64,000 nucleotides of DNA from contig SUUM01000001.1 of NCBI GenBank assembly GCA_015062525.1, positions 44,796-108,795 of the forward strand. Reading direction: 5' to 3'. The notes under the pieces are model-generated. The model was not told the DNA's origin and made no database searches. It saw only the letters and a list, made by a program, of their open reading frames with translations. Of this stretch, positions 18,543-30,195 are shown piece after piece (positions within the stretch are counted from its first letter, which is position 1; each line of letters starts with the position of its first letter). Source of the stretch: Alphaproteobacteria bacterium (GTDB lineage: Bacteria; Pseudomonadota; Alphaproteobacteria; Rs-D84). Made by a program: the position numbers and the translations under genes.

Positions 18543-19862
18543 TTAACCGCGGAAACGCCCCTTCTTTTGTGTTTTATTAATAACACCGCTGTATTGTTTC
18601 GCAACCAAGTACGATTGAACCTGATTAGTTGTATCCAAAACAACACCCGCCACAATCAACACGCTGGTACCACCAATTGCCAAAGGCATACCCAAATGCG
18701 TATTCAGAATAATTGGCAACACACAAACCACAATCAGATACGCAACACCAATTGCCGTCGTACGCGACACAACATTATCCAGATATTTGATTGTCTGTTC
18801 ACCTGGACGCACACCTGGCACATAGCCACCCGCGTTTTTCAGATTATTGCTGGTTTCTTCGGAATTGAATATAACCGCGGTCTGGAAATACGCAAAGAAT
18901 GCAATCAAAACCGTGAACAAGAATATATACGACCAGGTTCCATATGTAAAGAAACCTAAAATTGTCTGAACGGTCAAATTCTCACTTTGAACAAAACGCT
19001 GAACGAATGCAGGCAACATCATAATAGAAGATGCAAACACAGGCCCCATAACCCCCGACATATTAACCTTAATCGGCAGATATGACGCATTAGTATTCAC
19101 AACACCATTTGCCATAACCTGACGTGGGTACAGAATCTGAATACGACGCTGCGCCTGTTCAAAGAATGCAATCAATGCAACGATACCTACAACAAACGCC
19201 AGCACCAACGCAATCATCGCAGGTGAAATCTGACCGACTGAACCCAATGATATCAACTGGGCAATACCACCCGGCACCTCGGCAATAATACCAGCAAAGA
19301 TTAACAATGATGCGCCCTGCCCGATACCACGCGCTGTAATCTGTTCAGCCAACCACATGACGAACACAGTACCACCAACCAATGCGATAATTGCGGACAT
19401 TTCAAACGCAAAGCCTGGATTAACCACCGCGGCAACACCATTAACAGGCGCCATCGCTTCCAGTCCACGAATAACCGCCCACCCCTGAACAACCGCCAAC
19501 AAAACGGCCAAATAACGGGTATATTGGTTAATTTTTACGCGTCCTGATTCACCCTCTTTACGCAATTCCCCCAAAGACTTACTTGTTGCACTTAACAATT
19601 GCAACACGATAGATGCCGAAATGTACGGAAAGATGTTCAATGCCAACACAGACATACGCGACAATGAACCACCACTGAACATATCAAACATACCCATCAT
19701 TCCACTATTATCACCCTGAAAAAGGTGCAAAACCGCGGATGCATTAACACCCGGCAATGGAATGAACGACCCAATACGATAAACAACCAGCGCCCCCAAC
19801 GTAAACAGAATACGCTTCTGCAAATCGCTAAGATTACCGAAAAAGCCTTTTAAGAATTTCAT
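18543..19862 (-). CDS. secY: Preprotein translocase SecY
   Basis: YRIGSFIPLPG, PYISASI, GIGQGASLLIFAGI, PGVRPG, GGTSVLI. Confidence 0.98.
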   Translation of the reverse strand: MKFLKGFFGNLSDLQKRILFTLGALVVYRIGSFIPLPGVNASAVLHLFQGDNSGMMGMFDMFSGGSLSRMSVLALNIFPYISASIVLQLLSATSKSLGELRKEGESGRVKINQYTRYLAVLLAVVQGWAVIRGLEAMAPVNGVAAVVNPGFAFEMSAIIALVGGTVFVMWLAEQITARGIGQGASLLIFAGIIAEVPGGIAQLISLGSVGQISPAMIALVLAFVVGIVALIAFFEQAQRRIQILYPRQVMANGVVNTNASYLPIKVNMSGVMGPVFASSIMMLPAFVQRFVQSENLTVQTILGFFTYGTWSYIFLFTVLIAFFAYFQTAVIFNSEETSNNLKNAGGYVPGVRPGEQTIKYLDNVVSRTTAIGVAYLIVVCVLPIILNTHLGMPLAIGGTSVLIVAGVVLDTTNQVQSYLVAKQYSGVINKTQKKGRFRG

Positions 19863-19928
19863 GTGTATGAACTTTTAACCATTGATTGGCATCTGGACAC
19901 GCCAGATGCCAAATACAGATTCAGATTT

Positions 19929-20387
19929 TTAGTTATTTTTGATTGTGCCACCGGCCTTGACAATCGCTTCTTCTGCCGCTTTGGACCATTTATCCGCAAC
20001 AACATTAACAGCTGTCTTGATTTCACCCTTGGCCAAAACTTTCAAGCCATCCAATCTGCGATTGATAACCTTTGCCGCCATCAAAGAATCAATTGTGATT
20101 TCCTTGCCTGCATCAATTTTACCTGCCGCGATAAACTTTTCGATATCGCCCAGGTTAATTGTCGCATATTCCTTGGCAAAAGGATTGTTAAAGCCAAATT
20201 TTGGGAAACGACGCAAAATTGGCATCTGACCACCCTGGAAAGTCGCCTGCTTGCGTGAACCACTACGAGCTTTCTGCCCCTTATGACCACGACCAGCTGT
20301 CTTACCAGATCCAGACCCCATACCACGACCAACGCGGGTTGCGTTCTGACGTGCACCAAAATTATCCATCAATGCATTTAATTTCAT
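19929..20387 (-). CDS. rplO: 50S ribosomal protein L15
   Basis: RVGRGMGSGSGKTAGRGHKGQKAR. Confidence 0.97.
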   Translation of the reverse strand: MKLNALMDNFGARQNATRVGRGMGSGSGKTAGRGHKGQKARSGSRKQATFQGGQMPILRRFPKFGFNNPFAKEYATINLGDIEKFIAAGKIDAGKEITIDSLMAAKVINRRLDGLKVLAKGEIKTAVNVVADKWSKAAEEAIVKAGGTIKNN

Positions 20388-20464
20388 TTCTTTTACTCCT
20401 ATAACTACTATGTAGTTCTTTGTCGCACGTAAACAAGTCCTGTTTTCGTACTCGGTTTATCATT

Positions 20465-20641
20465 TTATTCAACTACTTCTACCAAGTGCGAAACCTTGGC
20501 AATCATGCCACGTACAGATTCAGAATCTGTGATTTCCTTGGTCTTGCCGATACGTCCCAGGCCCAACGCTTTCACGATTTTGACCTGTGCTTCTGGACGA
20601 CCGATTGTACTTTTAACTTGTTTTACAACTATCTTAGCCAT
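20465..20641 (-). CDS. rpmD: 50S ribosomal protein L30
   Basis: Manual translation MAKIVVKQVKSTIGRPEAQVKIVKALGLGRIG...VRGMIAKVSHLVEVVE (58 aa, below the ORF-track cutoff), between rpsE and rplO. Confidence 0.95.
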   Translation of the reverse strand: MAKIVVKQVKSTIGRPEAQVKIVKALGLGRIGKTKEITDSESVRGMIAKVSHLVEVVE

Positions 20642-20668
20642 AATTCAAACTCCTATCAATTGTCCAGA

Positions 20669-21223
20669 TTATTTTGCGTCATCCGCAGTTTCTAATTTTT
20701 TACCATCACGACCGGCAATGATTTCCGCAACTGTCTTGCCACGACGTGCAGCAACAGTTTTTGGCGAATTCATCTTGTTAAACGCCAAGAACGCAGCACG
20801 GATCATGTTGTTTGGATTATTAGAACCCTGAGATTTAACAACAACGTCCTGTACACCCAAGCATTCAAATACCGCACGCAACGCACCACCAGCGATGATA
20901 CCAGTACCTGGAACCGCACTACGTACAACCAGTTTGCTGGCGCCATATTTTGCTGTGCTATCATGATGCAATGTACGACCTTCCTTCAGCGGTACACGAA
21001 TCATTTTTGCTTTTGCCGCCTTGGTCGCCTTTTGCACCGCAGCCTGCACTTCCAACGCTTTACCTTTACCGAAACCTACGCGACCAGCTTTGTCCCCGAC
21101 AACAACCAACGCCGAGAAAGACATATTGCGACCGCCCTTTACAGTCTTAGATACGCGGTTGATAGAAACTAATTTATCAACCAAGTTATCTGTCTGCAAT
21201 TTTTTATCATCAAAACGTGCCAT
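20669..21223 (-). CDS. rpsE: 30S ribosomal protein S5
   Basis: [20 protein letters not shown]. Confidence 0.97.
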   Translation of the reverse strand: MARFDDKKLQTDNLVDKLVSINRVSKTVKGGRNMSFSALVVVGDKAGRVGFGKGKALEVQAAVQKATKAAKAKMIRVPLKEGRTLHHDSTAKYGASKLVVRSAVPGTGIIAGGALRAVFECLGVQDVVVKSQGSNNPNNMIRAAFLAFNKMNSPKTVAARRGKTVAEIIAGRDGKKLETADDAK

Positions 21224-21246
21224 TATTATACTCCGTCTTATTCAAA

Positions 21247-21603
21247 TTAAATTCTTACGCCACCTGCGCGGATTGCTTCGCACAGTGCCTTAACACGACC
21301 ATGATAGCGATAACCGCCACGATCAAAATAACAATTGTCAGCAATTTTTGCCGCAACTACGCGTTCAGCAAATGCTTTGCCAACCAATTCGGCACCGGCA
21401 ACATTCCACCCTTTGCCTGCGAACGCCTTTTCTTTGGACGAAGCAGCACAGATTGTATGCCCTTTGGTGTCATCAATCGCCTGGATTTCAATATGACGAC
21501 CAGAACGGAAAACTGACAAACGAATCTTGCCAGGATTTTTTCTTTTCAACGCACCACGATTTGCCAGTGTACGTCTTTCTTCTGAATTCAAATGTTTCAA
21601 CAT
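21247..21603 (-). CDS. rplR: 50S ribosomal protein L18
   Basis: RLSVFRS, FDRGGYRYHGRVKAL; likely start MLKH. Confidence 0.95.
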   Translation of the reverse strand: MLKHLNSEERRTLANRGALKRKNPGKIRLSVFRSGRHIEIQAIDDTKGHTICAASSKEKAFAGKGWNVAGAELVGKAFAERVVAAKIADNCYFDRGGYRYHGRVKALCEAIRAGGVRI

Positions 21604-21655
21604 TTTCTTTTTCCTTTTTTCCGACATCCGTAACAGCGGACATCAAAGTTAACTA

Positions 21656-22207
21656 TTATTTCTTCTTACCTTCTTTGCGACGGATTCTTTCGCCCTTATA
21701 GAAGATACCTTTACCCTTGTATGGGTCCACCTTGCGAACTTTGTGAATCTTGTCCGCAAACTGCCCAACCAAACATTTATCCATACCCTTAACGGTAAAT
21801 TCTGTTGGTGCATCACCCATTACAACGGTCAAGCCCGCTGGAATGTCCATAACAACATCATGCGAATAACCCGCAACCAACACCAACTGATTACCCTTAA
21901 CAGATGCTTTATAACCAACACCCTTCATGTACATTGGCTTTTCAAAACCTTTGGAAACACCTTCGACCGCATTACGAATATTGCGTGCCATTGTGCCCCA
22001 CATTGTACGAGAAGACTTTTCATCTGCATCTTTTGGGTTAATAACAACCTGACCTTCTTCGATAACGATATCGACCAAGCCAGCATTTTTTGTATCCAAT
22101 GGCAATTTCAATTCGCCTTTTGGACCCTTAACTACCAAAGCGTTGTCCACAATCGCGACAGATACGCCTTCACTCAGTTTAACTGGATATTTTCCTGCAC
22201 GTGACAT
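21656..22207 (-). CDS. rplF: 50S ribosomal protein L6
   Basis: MSRAGKYPV, PYKGKGI, RRKEGKKK. Confidence 0.97.
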   Translation of the reverse strand: MSRAGKYPVKLSEGVSVAIVDNALVVKGPKGELKLPLDTKNAGLVDIVIEEGQVVINPKDADEKSSRTMWGTMARNIRNAVEGVSKGFEKPMYMKGVGYKASVKGNQLVLVAGYSHDVVMDIPAGLTVVMGDAPTEFTVKGMDKCLVGQFADKIHKVRKVDPYKGKGIFYKGERIRRKEGKKK

Positions 22208-22229
22208 AACTTAATCCTCGCTTTACTAA

Positions 22230-22628
22230 TTAGATAACCTTGCACAACACTTCACCACCGACATTCATCAAACGTGCCTTGTGGTCCGTCATAACACCAT
22301 TCGGTGTAGAAACGATTGCAATACCCAAACCATTTAACACCTTTGGCATTTTCGCACTGCCGGAATAAACACGGCGACCTGGCTTAGATACAACTGAAAT
22401 TTCTTGGATTGCACCATTTCCGCCAACATATTTCAATTCAACAACCAAATTTGAACGATGTTCATCGATTGCTTCAACGCGGAAATCAGTAATAAAACCT
22501 TCTTCTTTTAATACAGACAAAACAGCCTGACGCAGTTTGCTGTTTGGAACGACGATTGTTTCTTTACCTGCGTTCTGACCATTACGGATGCGGGTAACCA
22601 TATCGCCGATTGGGTGTGATAATGACAT
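22230..22628 (-). CDS. rpsH: 30S ribosomal protein S8
   Basis: DMVTRIRN, SKPGRRVY, GGEVLC. Confidence 0.97.
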   Translation of the reverse strand: MSLSHPIGDMVTRIRNGQNAGKETIVVPNSKLRQAVLSVLKEEGFITDFRVEAIDEHRSNLVVELKYVGGNGAIQEISVVSKPGRRVYSGSAKMPKVLNGLGIAIVSTPNGVMTDHKARLMNVGGEVLCKVI

Positions 22629-22715
22629 CTTTTACTCCTTACATGTGTGGGGAACCAGTCCCCCAACACCGTTTTCTTCTACCAACTGCATTGTCCACAG
22701 TTGTGCTTACTTATT

Positions 22716-23018
22716 TTACCAGCTGGACTTACGTACGCCCGGCAGCTTACCTTCACTAGCCATTGTACGAACCTGCTGACGACACAGACCGAACAAGCGC
22801 GAATAACCGCGGGAACGACCTGTTACACTGCAACGATTACGCAAACGTGTTGGGTTTGCATTACGTGGCAATTTTGCCAACTTTTTCATTGCATCAATTC
22901 TTTCTTCTGGTGTCGCATTAACAGACATTTTTGCCTTGATTGTTTCACGCTTTTTTGCATACTGCGCAACCAGCTTTTCACGTTTATGTTGTTTGTTAAT
23001 TAACGCTAATTTCGCCAT
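22716..23018 (-). CDS. rpsN: 30S ribosomal protein S14 (long form)
   Basis: [22 protein letters not shown]...PGVRKSSW. Confidence 0.97.
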   Translation of the reverse strand: MAKLALINKQHKREKLVAQYAKKRETIKAKMSVNATPEERIDAMKKLAKLPRNANPTRLRNRCSVTGRSRGYSRLFGLCRQQVRTMASEGKLPGVRKSSW

Positions 23019-23037
23019 CTTTTTTAACCTTTTTTAA

Positions 23038-23583
23038 TTATTTCAAAACCAATGGCAAGCCGATTTTAGTCAGCAATGCACGTGCTTCATCATCTGTTTT
23101 CGCCGTTGTTGCGATAACAATATCCATACCACGAATGGCATCGATTTTATCAACAGAAATTTCTGGGAAAATCAAATGTTCCTTGATACCGAACGCATAG
23201 TTCCCACGACCATCAAACTTAGATTTTGACAAACCGCGAAAGTCTTTTACACGTGGCAACGCAACGGTAATCAGTTTATCCAAGAAGTCATACATTCTTT
23301 TACCACGCAATGTAACCTTGGTACCAATTTCCTGGCCTTCACGCAGACGATATGTTGCGATAGACTTTTTCGCACGTGTCTTAATTGCCTTTTGTGCGGC
23401 AATCGCTGTCAAATCAGCAACCGCTGAATCCAGTTTCTTTTTATCAGATACTGCTTCACCAACGCCCATGTTCAAAACAATCTTTGTCAGTTTTGGAACC
23501 GCGAACGCATTCTTATACCCAAATTCTTTAATCAATTCAGGCACAATTTCTTTTTCATAAATTTCACGCAATCTGCTTTGCAT
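23038..23583 (-). CDS. rplE: 50S ribosomal protein L5
   Basis: [27 protein letters not shown]. Confidence 0.98.
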   Translation of the reverse strand: MQSRLREIYEKEIVPELIKEFGYKNAFAVPKLTKIVLNMGVGEAVSDKKKLDSAVADLTAIAAQKAIKTRAKKSIATYRLREGQEIGTKVTLRGKRMYDFLDKLITVALPRVKDFRGLSKSKFDGRGNYAFGIKEHLIFPEISVDKIDAIRGMDIVIATTAKTDDEARALLTKIGLPLVLK

Positions 23584-23638
23584 TTCTTTTTTCCTTTTGT
23601 TGTGTCCCCGTAACAGCGGGCAACAATTTTACCTGTTA

Positions 23639-23941
23639 TTATATCTGGGCACCAGATTTCTTTGCAACGCGAACTTTCTTGCCGTTTTCTACTTTGTATC
23701 CAACACGTGTTGCTTTTTTGGTTTTTGGATCAACCAATGCAACGTTGGAAACATGAACCGGCGCTTCGCGGTCAATAATATGACCTGGCTGTTCCTGCGT
23801 TGGCTTGATGTGCCATTTACGACGATTTACACCTTCGACAACAACACGTTCTTCTGCTGGGCGTGCTTCCAGTACTTTACCTTTGACGCCTTTGAATTTT
23901 CCCGAAATAACTACGACTTCGTCGCCTTTTTTAATTTTCAT
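23639..23941 (-). CDS. rplX: 50S ribosomal protein L24
   Basis: [27 protein letters not shown]. Confidence 0.97.
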   Translation of the reverse strand: MKIKKGDEVVVISGKFKGVKGKVLEARPAEERVVVEGVNRRKWHIKPTQEQPGHIIDREAPVHVSNVALVDPKTKKATRVGYKVENGKKVRVAKKSGAQI

Positions 23942-23963
23942 TTTATGACCTTCCATCTGTTAT

Positions 23964-24338
23964 TTAGATTACTTCTGGTGCCAAAGACACGATTTTCTGA
24001 ACATCGTATTTACGACGAACTTCACGGGCAATTGGCCCAAAGATACGTGTGCCAATTGGTTCAAAGTTGTTTTTGTTAATCAAAACAACCGCATTGTCGT
24101 CAAAACGAATAATAGAACCGTCTGGACGTTTCACAGGAAACTTTGTACGAACGATAATCGCACGCTGTACTGTACCCTTTTGAACTTTACCACGTGGAAT
24201 GGCTTCTTTAATAGCAACAACAATTTTGTCGCCAACTGTTGCATAACGACGATGAGAACCGCCCAAAACCTTGATGCACATTGCTTTACGTGCACCACTG
24301 TTGTCTGCAACTGTCATAACTGTTTCATTTTGAATCAT
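23964..24338 (-). CDS. rplN: 50S ribosomal protein L14
   Basis: [29 protein letters not shown]. Confidence 0.97.
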   Translation of the reverse strand: MIQNETVMTVADNSGARKAMCIKVLGGSHRRYATVGDKIVVAIKEAIPRGKVQKGTVQRAIIVRTKFPVKRPDGSIIRFDDNAVVLINKNNFEPIGTRIFGPIAREVRRKYDVQKIVSLAPEVI

Positions 24339-24444
24339 AACTTTAATCCTTTTCCTGCAGGCGGGGCAATCCCCCACCGCTTTGTTATAGGTTCCGACTG
24401 TCGCCACAAAATTCCCGAACCGACCTCAAAGAACCTGTTGATTA

Positions 24445-24714
24445 TTAGTCAACTACTTCTACTGCATCGTCTTTGGAAACACCAACGCGCCCCTTAACAA
24501 CCCAAGACTTAGTCTTAGAAATTGGACGATGTTCTTCGATTGCAACGATTTCACCAATTTTATATTCATTGTTTTCATCGTGCGCTTTGTACTTTTTGTT
24601 CTGCTTAACGAACTTACCATACAGCGGATGACGGAAACGACGTTCCACCTCTACGACAACTGTTTTGTCGTTTGCTGTACTGATAACTGTCCCTTGCAGT
24701 ATACGTCTTGGCAT
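24445..24714 (-). CDS. rpsQ: 30S ribosomal protein S17
   Basis: [23 protein letters not shown]. Confidence 0.97.
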   Translation of the reverse strand: MPRRILQGTVISTANDKTVVVEVERRFRHPLYGKFVKQNKKYKAHDENNEYKIGEIVAIEEHRPISKTKSWVVKGRVGVSKDDAVEVVD

Positions 24715-24861
24715 AACTTCTATCCCTTATACTGTTTGTTTAACCCACGGATTTTACAATATTTTTCGCGCAAAATCCCCGGATTAAATCCTGGTTTCCT
24801 TGTTTCTGACCCCGTCCATATTATCTAAAAATTTAGAAATATCAACAAAAATCAGCAATTT

Positions 24862-25053
24862 TTATTTTTTTGCAGCGTTCAATTTTGTTTTAACGCGTGC
24901 AATTTCACGACGGGTCTGACGCATAACGTGTGTTTTTGGCATCTGACCTGCTGCATGCTGGAAACGCTGATTCATCTGTTCTTTTTTCAGATCAGTCAAC
25001 TTGCTTTCCAATGCTTCCATCGTCAATTCTGTTTCAACTTTCTTTTCTGCCAT
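24862..25053 (-). CDS. rpmC: 50S ribosomal protein L29
   Basis: LKKEQMNQRFQ...RREIARVKT, between rplP and rpsQ. Confidence 0.93.
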   Translation of the reverse strand: MAEKKVETELTMEALESKLTDLKKEQMNQRFQHAAGQMPKTHVMRQTRREIARVKTKLNAAKK

Positions 25054-25108
25054 TTCTTGCTACCTTTTTTTGCCCTGCCCCGGGATTAGGTCCCGGGACT
25101 GCAATTAA

Positions 25109-25522
25109 TTAGTTAACTTTACGTTCAACAATTTTTGTTTTCACTGGCAGTTTCGCCGCCGCCAATGCGAACGCTTCATATGCAACTTCTGGTTTTACAC
25201 CATCTAATTCGAACATGATGCGACCTGGTTTTACACGGCAAATCCAGTATTCCACCGCACCTTTACCTTTACCCATACGAACTTCGGCAGGTTTCTTGGT
25301 AACAGGTACATCTGGGAAAATACGAATCCACAATTTACCCATACGACGCATATGACGTGTAATTGCACGACGCGCTGCTTCGATTTGACGCGCAGTGATA
25401 CGTTCTGGTGACATAGCCTTCAACCCAAAAGAACCGAATGCTAATTCACTGCCACCTTTCGCAACGCCGTGAATACGGCCTTTGTGCTGTTTGCGAAATT
25501 TTGTTTTTTTTGGCATTAACAT
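25109..25522 (-). CDS. rplP: 50S ribosomal protein L16
   Basis: [24 protein letters not shown]. Confidence 0.98.
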   Translation of the reverse strand: MLMPKKTKFRKQHKGRIHGVAKGGSELAFGSFGLKAMSPERITARQIEAARRAITRHMRRMGKLWIRIFPDVPVTKKPAEVRMGKGKGAVEYWICRVKPGRIMFELDGVKPEVAYEAFALAAAKLPVKTKIVERKVN

Positions 25523-25560
25523 AATACAAATCCTTCAATTTCTAATAATTGTTTTAATTA

Positions 25561-26262
25561 TTATTTGTGCTTTCTTTCGCTTGTGCCCGCATATTCTGTT
25601 GGGCGCGCCATTTCAGAAGCCAATTTGTCTTTGTTAACAACATCACCAGTATAAATCCAAACTTTTACACCGATAACACCATATGTTGTTTTGGCCTGGA
25701 TTGACGCATAGTCAATATCCGCACGCAATGTATGCAATGGAATACGACCTTCGCGGATTTGTTCGCTACGTGCGATTTCAGCACCATTCAAGCGACCAGA
25801 ACACATAACTTTGATACCCTGGGCACCTGCTTTTTGTGCATTCTGCACAGCCTTTTTCATAGCGCGTTTAAAAGAAACACGACCTTCGATCTGCTGTGCG
25901 ATGTTCTGCGCAACCAACTGCGCATTCAGGTCCGGACGGCGAACTTCGTAAATATTTACGACAACCTGGTCATTCTTAACCAGTTTTTTGATATCATTAC
26001 GCAATGTTTCGATATCAGCACCGTTCTTACCAATAATCATACCAGGACGAGAGGTATGAATAGTCACGACAACCTTTTTGGCAAAGCGTTCAATAACAAC
26101 CTTGGCCAAACCGGCTTTCTTTAATTTCTTTTCGATAAACTTGCGAATTTTGACGTCTTCTGCCAACAATGCCGCATAGTCTTTCTTGCCTGCAATCCAA
26201 CGTGAATCTGTAATCTTGTTGATAAATTCACGCAATGAAATTGGTGATACTTTCTGTCCCAT
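25561..26262 (-). CDS. rpsC: 30S ribosomal protein S3
   Basis: [29 protein letters not shown]. Confidence 0.98.
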   Translation of the reverse strand: MGQKVSPISLREFINKITDSRWIAGKKDYAALLAEDVKIRKFIEKKLKKAGLAKVVIERFAKKVVVTIHTSRPGMIIGKNGADIETLRNDIKKLVKNDQVVVNIYEVRRPDLNAQLVAQNIAQQIEGRVSFKRAMKKAVQNAQKAGAQGIKVMCSGRLNGAEIARSEQIREGRIPLHTLRADIDYASIQAKTTYGVIGVKVWIYTGDVVNKDKLASEMARPTEYAGTSERKHK

Positions 26263-26353
26263 TTCTTTTTTCCTTAGACTTAGTGGGGGTGTTCTTGAAG
26301 TGTTTCCACTTTATTCAGGAATTTTCATTCCATACCACCCCACACGACTTACC

Positions 26354-26758
26354 TTATTTTGTTGTTTCTTTTTTTGCTGCTTTCTTTTTCGAAGGCGCAA
26401 CCCCAGATTCCAAAACGATTGTCAAATTTGAAAATGGTTTCAGAATTGGACGTGCACTGCCACGTGGTCCCGGCATAATGCGCTTCATAGTCAAAGCCTT
26501 GCCGCACCAAATTTCTTTGACGAACAAAGATTCAACTGGCAACTTTTTGTTGTGTTCTGCATTTGCAACCGCAGACAACAAAGTTTTCAGCACTTCACCT
26601 GCTACACGCTTTTTCGAAAATTTCAAGACATCAACAGCGCGTCCTACTGGCAAACCACGAACCATGTCGCATACCAGATTCAGCTTCTGATGGCTAACGC
26701 GGATCATTTTATTGAATGCGCGTACCTGATTTTCTTTAATTCCATATCTTGCTGTCAT
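26354..26758 (-). CDS. rplV: 50S ribosomal protein L22
   Basis: LLSAVANAEHN; position between rpsS and rpsC. Confidence 0.95.
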   Translation of the reverse strand: MTARYGIKENQVRAFNKMIRVSHQKLNLVCDMVRGLPVGRAVDVLKFSKKRVAGEVLKTLLSAVANAEHNKKLPVESLFVKEIWCGKALTMKRIMPGPRGSARPILKPFSNLTIVLESGVAPSKKKAAKKETTK

Positions 26759-26774
26759 AACTTACCACCCTATA

Positions 26775-27059
26775 TTATTTCTTACCTGCTGCGGCTTTCT
26801 TATTAGCGGCATGACCCTTAAATGTACGTGTTGGTGCAAATTCACCCAACTTATGACCAATCATATCTTCTACGATTGACACAGGGATAAATTTATTACC
26901 ATTGTGTACTTCAAATGTCAAACCGACCATTGGTGGCACAATCGTGCTGCCACGGGACCAGGTTTTAATTGGTTTACGGTCATCTTTTTCAATTGCCGCT
27001 GCTGTTTTCTTTAACACAGACGGATGAACATAAGGACCTTTCCATACTGAACGAGACAT
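26775..27059 (-). CDS. rpsS: 30S ribosomal protein S19
   Basis: [20 protein letters not shown]. Confidence 0.97.
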   Translation of the reverse strand: MSRSVWKGPYVHPSVLKKTAAAIEKDDRKPIKTWSRGSTIVPPMVGLTFEVHNGNKFIPVSIVEDMIGHKLGEFAPTRTFKGHAANKKAAAGKK

Positions 27060-27081
27060 CATTTACTCCGTTTTTTACTTA

Positions 27082-27915
27082 TTATTTCTTTTTCGCCAAA
27101 TGTCTGCTGCGAATAATCATCTTAGCAGTACGTTTATTGCTACGGGTACGATATCCCTTGGCTGGAATACCTGTACGTGATACCGGTTCGTGGCCCTTAG
27201 AATGACCATTACCACCACCCATTGGGTGATCTACTGGGTTCATTGCCATACCGCGAACAGATGGACGGATACCCAACCAACGTGCGCGACCAGCCTTACC
27301 CAAGTTGACATTGCGCTGATCTGGATTAGATACGCTGCCAACTGTTGCCAAACAATCGGAATGAACCTTGCGCAACTCACCGCTGTTCAATTTAATCTGT
27401 GCATAAACACCGTCTTTACCCATTAACTGTGCATAGCAACCCGCACTACGTGCCAACTGACCACCTGCACCTGGTTTCAATTCGATGTTATGTACGATTG
27501 TACCGATTGGCATATTCTTCAATGGCATTGTGTTACCTGGCTTAATATCAGCATACTGTGCCGAGATAACAACATCACCCGCTTTCAAATCGCGTGGTGC
27601 CAAGATATAAGAACGCATACCGTCTGTATATTCAATCAAAGCGATGAATGCGGTACGGTTTGGATCGTATTCCAAACGAACAACTGTCGCTGGAACATCT
27701 AATTTTTTACGTTTAAAGTCAATCAAACGATATTTACGTTTATGACCACCACCTTGGTGCATAACTGTTACATGACCAAAGTTATTACGTCCACCTTTGG
27801 ACTTCAAACCAACTGTCAATGCCTTTTCTGGCGCACCACGATGCAATTCACTGCGATCAACCAAAGTCAAACCGCGTGTACCTGGTGTTGTTGGCTTATA
27901 ATGTTTCAATGCCAT
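27082..27915 (-). CDS. rplB: 50S ribosomal protein L2
   Basis: [32 protein letters not shown]. Confidence 0.98.
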   Translation of the reverse strand: MALKHYKPTTPGTRGLTLVDRSELHRGAPEKALTVGLKSKGGRNNFGHVTVMHQGGGHKRKYRLIDFKRKKLDVPATVVRLEYDPNRTAFIALIEYTDGMRSYILAPRDLKAGDVVISAQYADIKPGNTMPLKNMPIGTIVHNIELKPGAGGQLARSAGCYAQLMGKDGVYAQIKLNSGELRKVHSDCLATVGSVSNPDQRNVNLGKAGRARWLGIRPSVRGMAMNPVDHPMGGGNGHSKGHEPVSRTGIPAKGYRTRSNKRTAKMIIRSRHLAKKK

Positions 27916-27991
27916 TTTTTCTTACCTTTGTTTTCTCACCCTGACACTAGCATCCTTTTATTTGGGTTCTCTGCCAGGGCGGATTATTATA

Positions 27992-28324
27992 CTATATATT
28001 TGCTGACAAATCCAGTTTTGCATCTGCCGGCAAAGATACATATGCTTTTTTAACAGTGCGCTGTGTACCTGTGCTGCGACCACGGAAGGTTTTAACCTTA
28101 CCCTTGATAACTACAACATTAACCTTGGTTGGTTTAACGCCATAGATAGCCTCTACTGCACGTGCCACATCTTCTTTGGTCGCATCAATCGCGACTTCGA
28201 ACGCTACACCGTTGCTTTCAGACAGTTTTGCTGCCTTTTCCGAGATAATCGGACGACGCAGTATATCATAAATACCAGCGGTCGCAACGATTTTTTTCTC
28301 TGCACTTACTTTCTTTTCTGCCAT
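27992..28324 (-). CDS. rplW: 50S ribosomal protein L23
   Basis: RPIISEK, KKAYVSL. Confidence 0.95.
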   Translation of the reverse strand: MAEKKVSAEKKIVATAGIYDILRRPIISEKAAKLSESNGVAFEVAIDATKEDVARAVEAIYGVKPTKVNVVVIKGKVKTFRGRSTGTQRTVKKAYVSLPADAKLDLSANI

Positions 28325-28350
28325 TTTGCTTACCTCAATTCTTTAATTGA

Positions 28351-28971
28351 TTACGCCAATCTTGCTTCAACCGCTTTGACTGCGTCCGCTGTCAAAACCA
28401 ATTTTTCATGTTTCAAGATATCCAAAACGTTCAAGCCCATTGTTGGCAACACATCGATATTTGCGATATTTGCCGCAGATTTCTTGAAGTTTTCATCCAA
28501 TTCTGTGGCCCCTACGAACAAAGCAGACGCAATTTCCAGTTTCTTCAACTGTTTTGCAAACGCGTTTGTTTTAGCCGCTGCCAATTTTTCAGAATCAATG
28601 ATAACCAGGCTGCCGTCTTTTGCCTTGGATGACAAAGCCATCTTCAAGCCCAAGGCACGGATTTTCTTTGGCAGGTCAGTTGAATGGTCGCGAACAACTG
28701 GACCATGAACAACACCACCGCCACGCATGTGAACGTTGTATCTTTCACCCTGACGTGCATTACCTGTCTTTTTCTGCTTGAATGCTTTTTTACCACTGCC
28801 CTGTACATCTGATACAGTTTTAACCGCATGTGTACCGGCGCGTGATTTAGCACGTTGCCATGTAACAACACGGTGCAGAATATCTGCGCGTGGTTCTAAC
28901 CCAAAGATGCTGTCTGTCAGTTCAACTGAACCAACTTTCTTTCCATCGAAATTGATAATATCTAATTGCAT
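28351..28971 (-). CDS. rplD: 50S ribosomal protein L4
   Basis: QKKTGNARQG, RGGGVVHGP. Confidence 0.97.
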   Translation of the reverse strand: MQLDIINFDGKKVGSVELTDSIFGLEPRADILHRVVTWQRAKSRAGTHAVKTVSDVQGSGKKAFKQKKTGNARQGERYNVHMRGGGVVHGPVVRDHSTDLPKKIRALGLKMALSSKAKDGSLVIIDSEKLAAAKTNAFAKQLKKLEIASALFVGATELDENFKKSAANIANIDVLPTMGLNVLDILKHEKLVLTADAVKAVEARLA

Positions 28972-29001
28972 TTTATTTACCTCACTCTTGCTGTTAACTT
29001 A

Positions 29002-29727
29002 TTATTCCGCAACAGCTTCTGTTTCGGTTGCTGTTTCAGCTACAACTTCTGCTGCTTTCGCTGCGACTGTTGGAACTGGCAAATCTTTGTGTTCTTTCTT
29101 AATTGCGTCTGTAACCAGAACAAATGTACCATTTGCACCTGGAACTGCACCTTCAACGAAAATCAGATTTTCTGCTTCGTCTGTACCGAACACTTTCAAG
29201 TTCTGAACTGTGACAGTTTCATTACCCATCTGCCCAGCCATCTTCTTACCTTTCAATACGCGGCCTGGCCATTCACGCATACCAGTACCACCGATGGAAC
29301 GATGTGCTTTCAAAACACCGTGGGTTGCTTCCTTACCGCCAAAGTTATGACGTTTCATAGCACCCTGATAGCCTTTACCTTTGCTTGTTGCTTGGACGTC
29401 AACGAATTGACCGGCAACAAAATGAGATGCCATCAACTGTGTCCCTGCTGGGATAACACAGTCATCCGATACACGGAATTCTACAACCTTGCGATATGGC
29501 TTAACGCCTGCTTTTTCGGCTGCAACCAACTGTGGTTTTGCTACATGTTTCGCCTTGGCTTCACGCAAACCCAAAATGTTTGCTACATAACCGTTCTTTT
29601 CCTGCGTGCGATTTCCAATGACGGCGCAATCCCCAACAGACAAAACTGTCACAGGATGTGCAACACCGGCATCATCATACAGACGCGTCATTCCAATTTT
29701 TGTTGTAATTAATCCGCTACGTTTCAT
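29002..29727 (-). CDS. rplC: 50S ribosomal protein L3
   Basis: KIGMT, SKGKGYQGAMKRHNF, KGKKMAGQMG. Confidence 0.97.
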   Translation of the reverse strand: MKRSGLITTKIGMTRLYDDAGVAHPVTVLSVGDCAVIGNRTQEKNGYVANILGLREAKAKHVAKPQLVAAEKAGVKPYRKVVEFRVSDDCVIPAGTQLMASHFVAGQFVDVQATSKGKGYQGAMKRHNFGGKEATHGVLKAHRSIGGTGMREWPGRVLKGKKMAGQMGNETVTVQNLKVFGTDEAENLIFVEGAVPGANGTFVLVTDAIKKEHKDLPVPTVAAKAAEVVAETATETEAVAE

Positions 29728-29807
29728 TTTTTTATGCCTTTTTTTATGTCAGTAGGTTGGCCTGGGTCAGAATAATCCCGCACCAACACTAACAGATTAT
29801 TTTTATT

Positions 29808-30119
29808 TTACAATTTAATTTTTACATCAACACCCGACGCCAAATCCAACTTCATCAAGGCATCAACTGTCTGAGGGGTTGGATTAACAATATCGACAAC
29901 CGCTTTATGATTGCGGATTTCGAACTGTTCACGTGATTTTTTATCAACGTGTGGTGAACGGTTGACCGTAAATTTCTGCACCAATGTTGGCAGACGAACT
30001 GGTCCAACTACATCTGCGCCTGTGCGCTTGGCAGTTTTAACAATTTCTTCGACAGATTCCATCAAGATACGATGGTCGAACGCTGTCAACTTGATACGAA
30101 TTTTTGATGTTGGTACCAT
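29808..30119 (-). CDS. rpsJ: 30S ribosomal protein S10
   Basis: [24 protein letters not shown]; start MVPTS. Confidence 0.97.
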   Translation of the reverse strand: MVPTSKIRIKLTAFDHRILMESVEEIVKTAKRTGADVVGPVRLPTLVQKFTVNRSPHVDKKSREQFEIRNHKAVVDIVNPTPQTVDALMKLDLASGVDVKIKL

Positions 30120-30195
30120 TACCGTTTTCCTTATATTTATCTGGGCGGTAATCACTGACACTTTTAATTCAGTTACGCCGCCCAAGACTGTTTAA

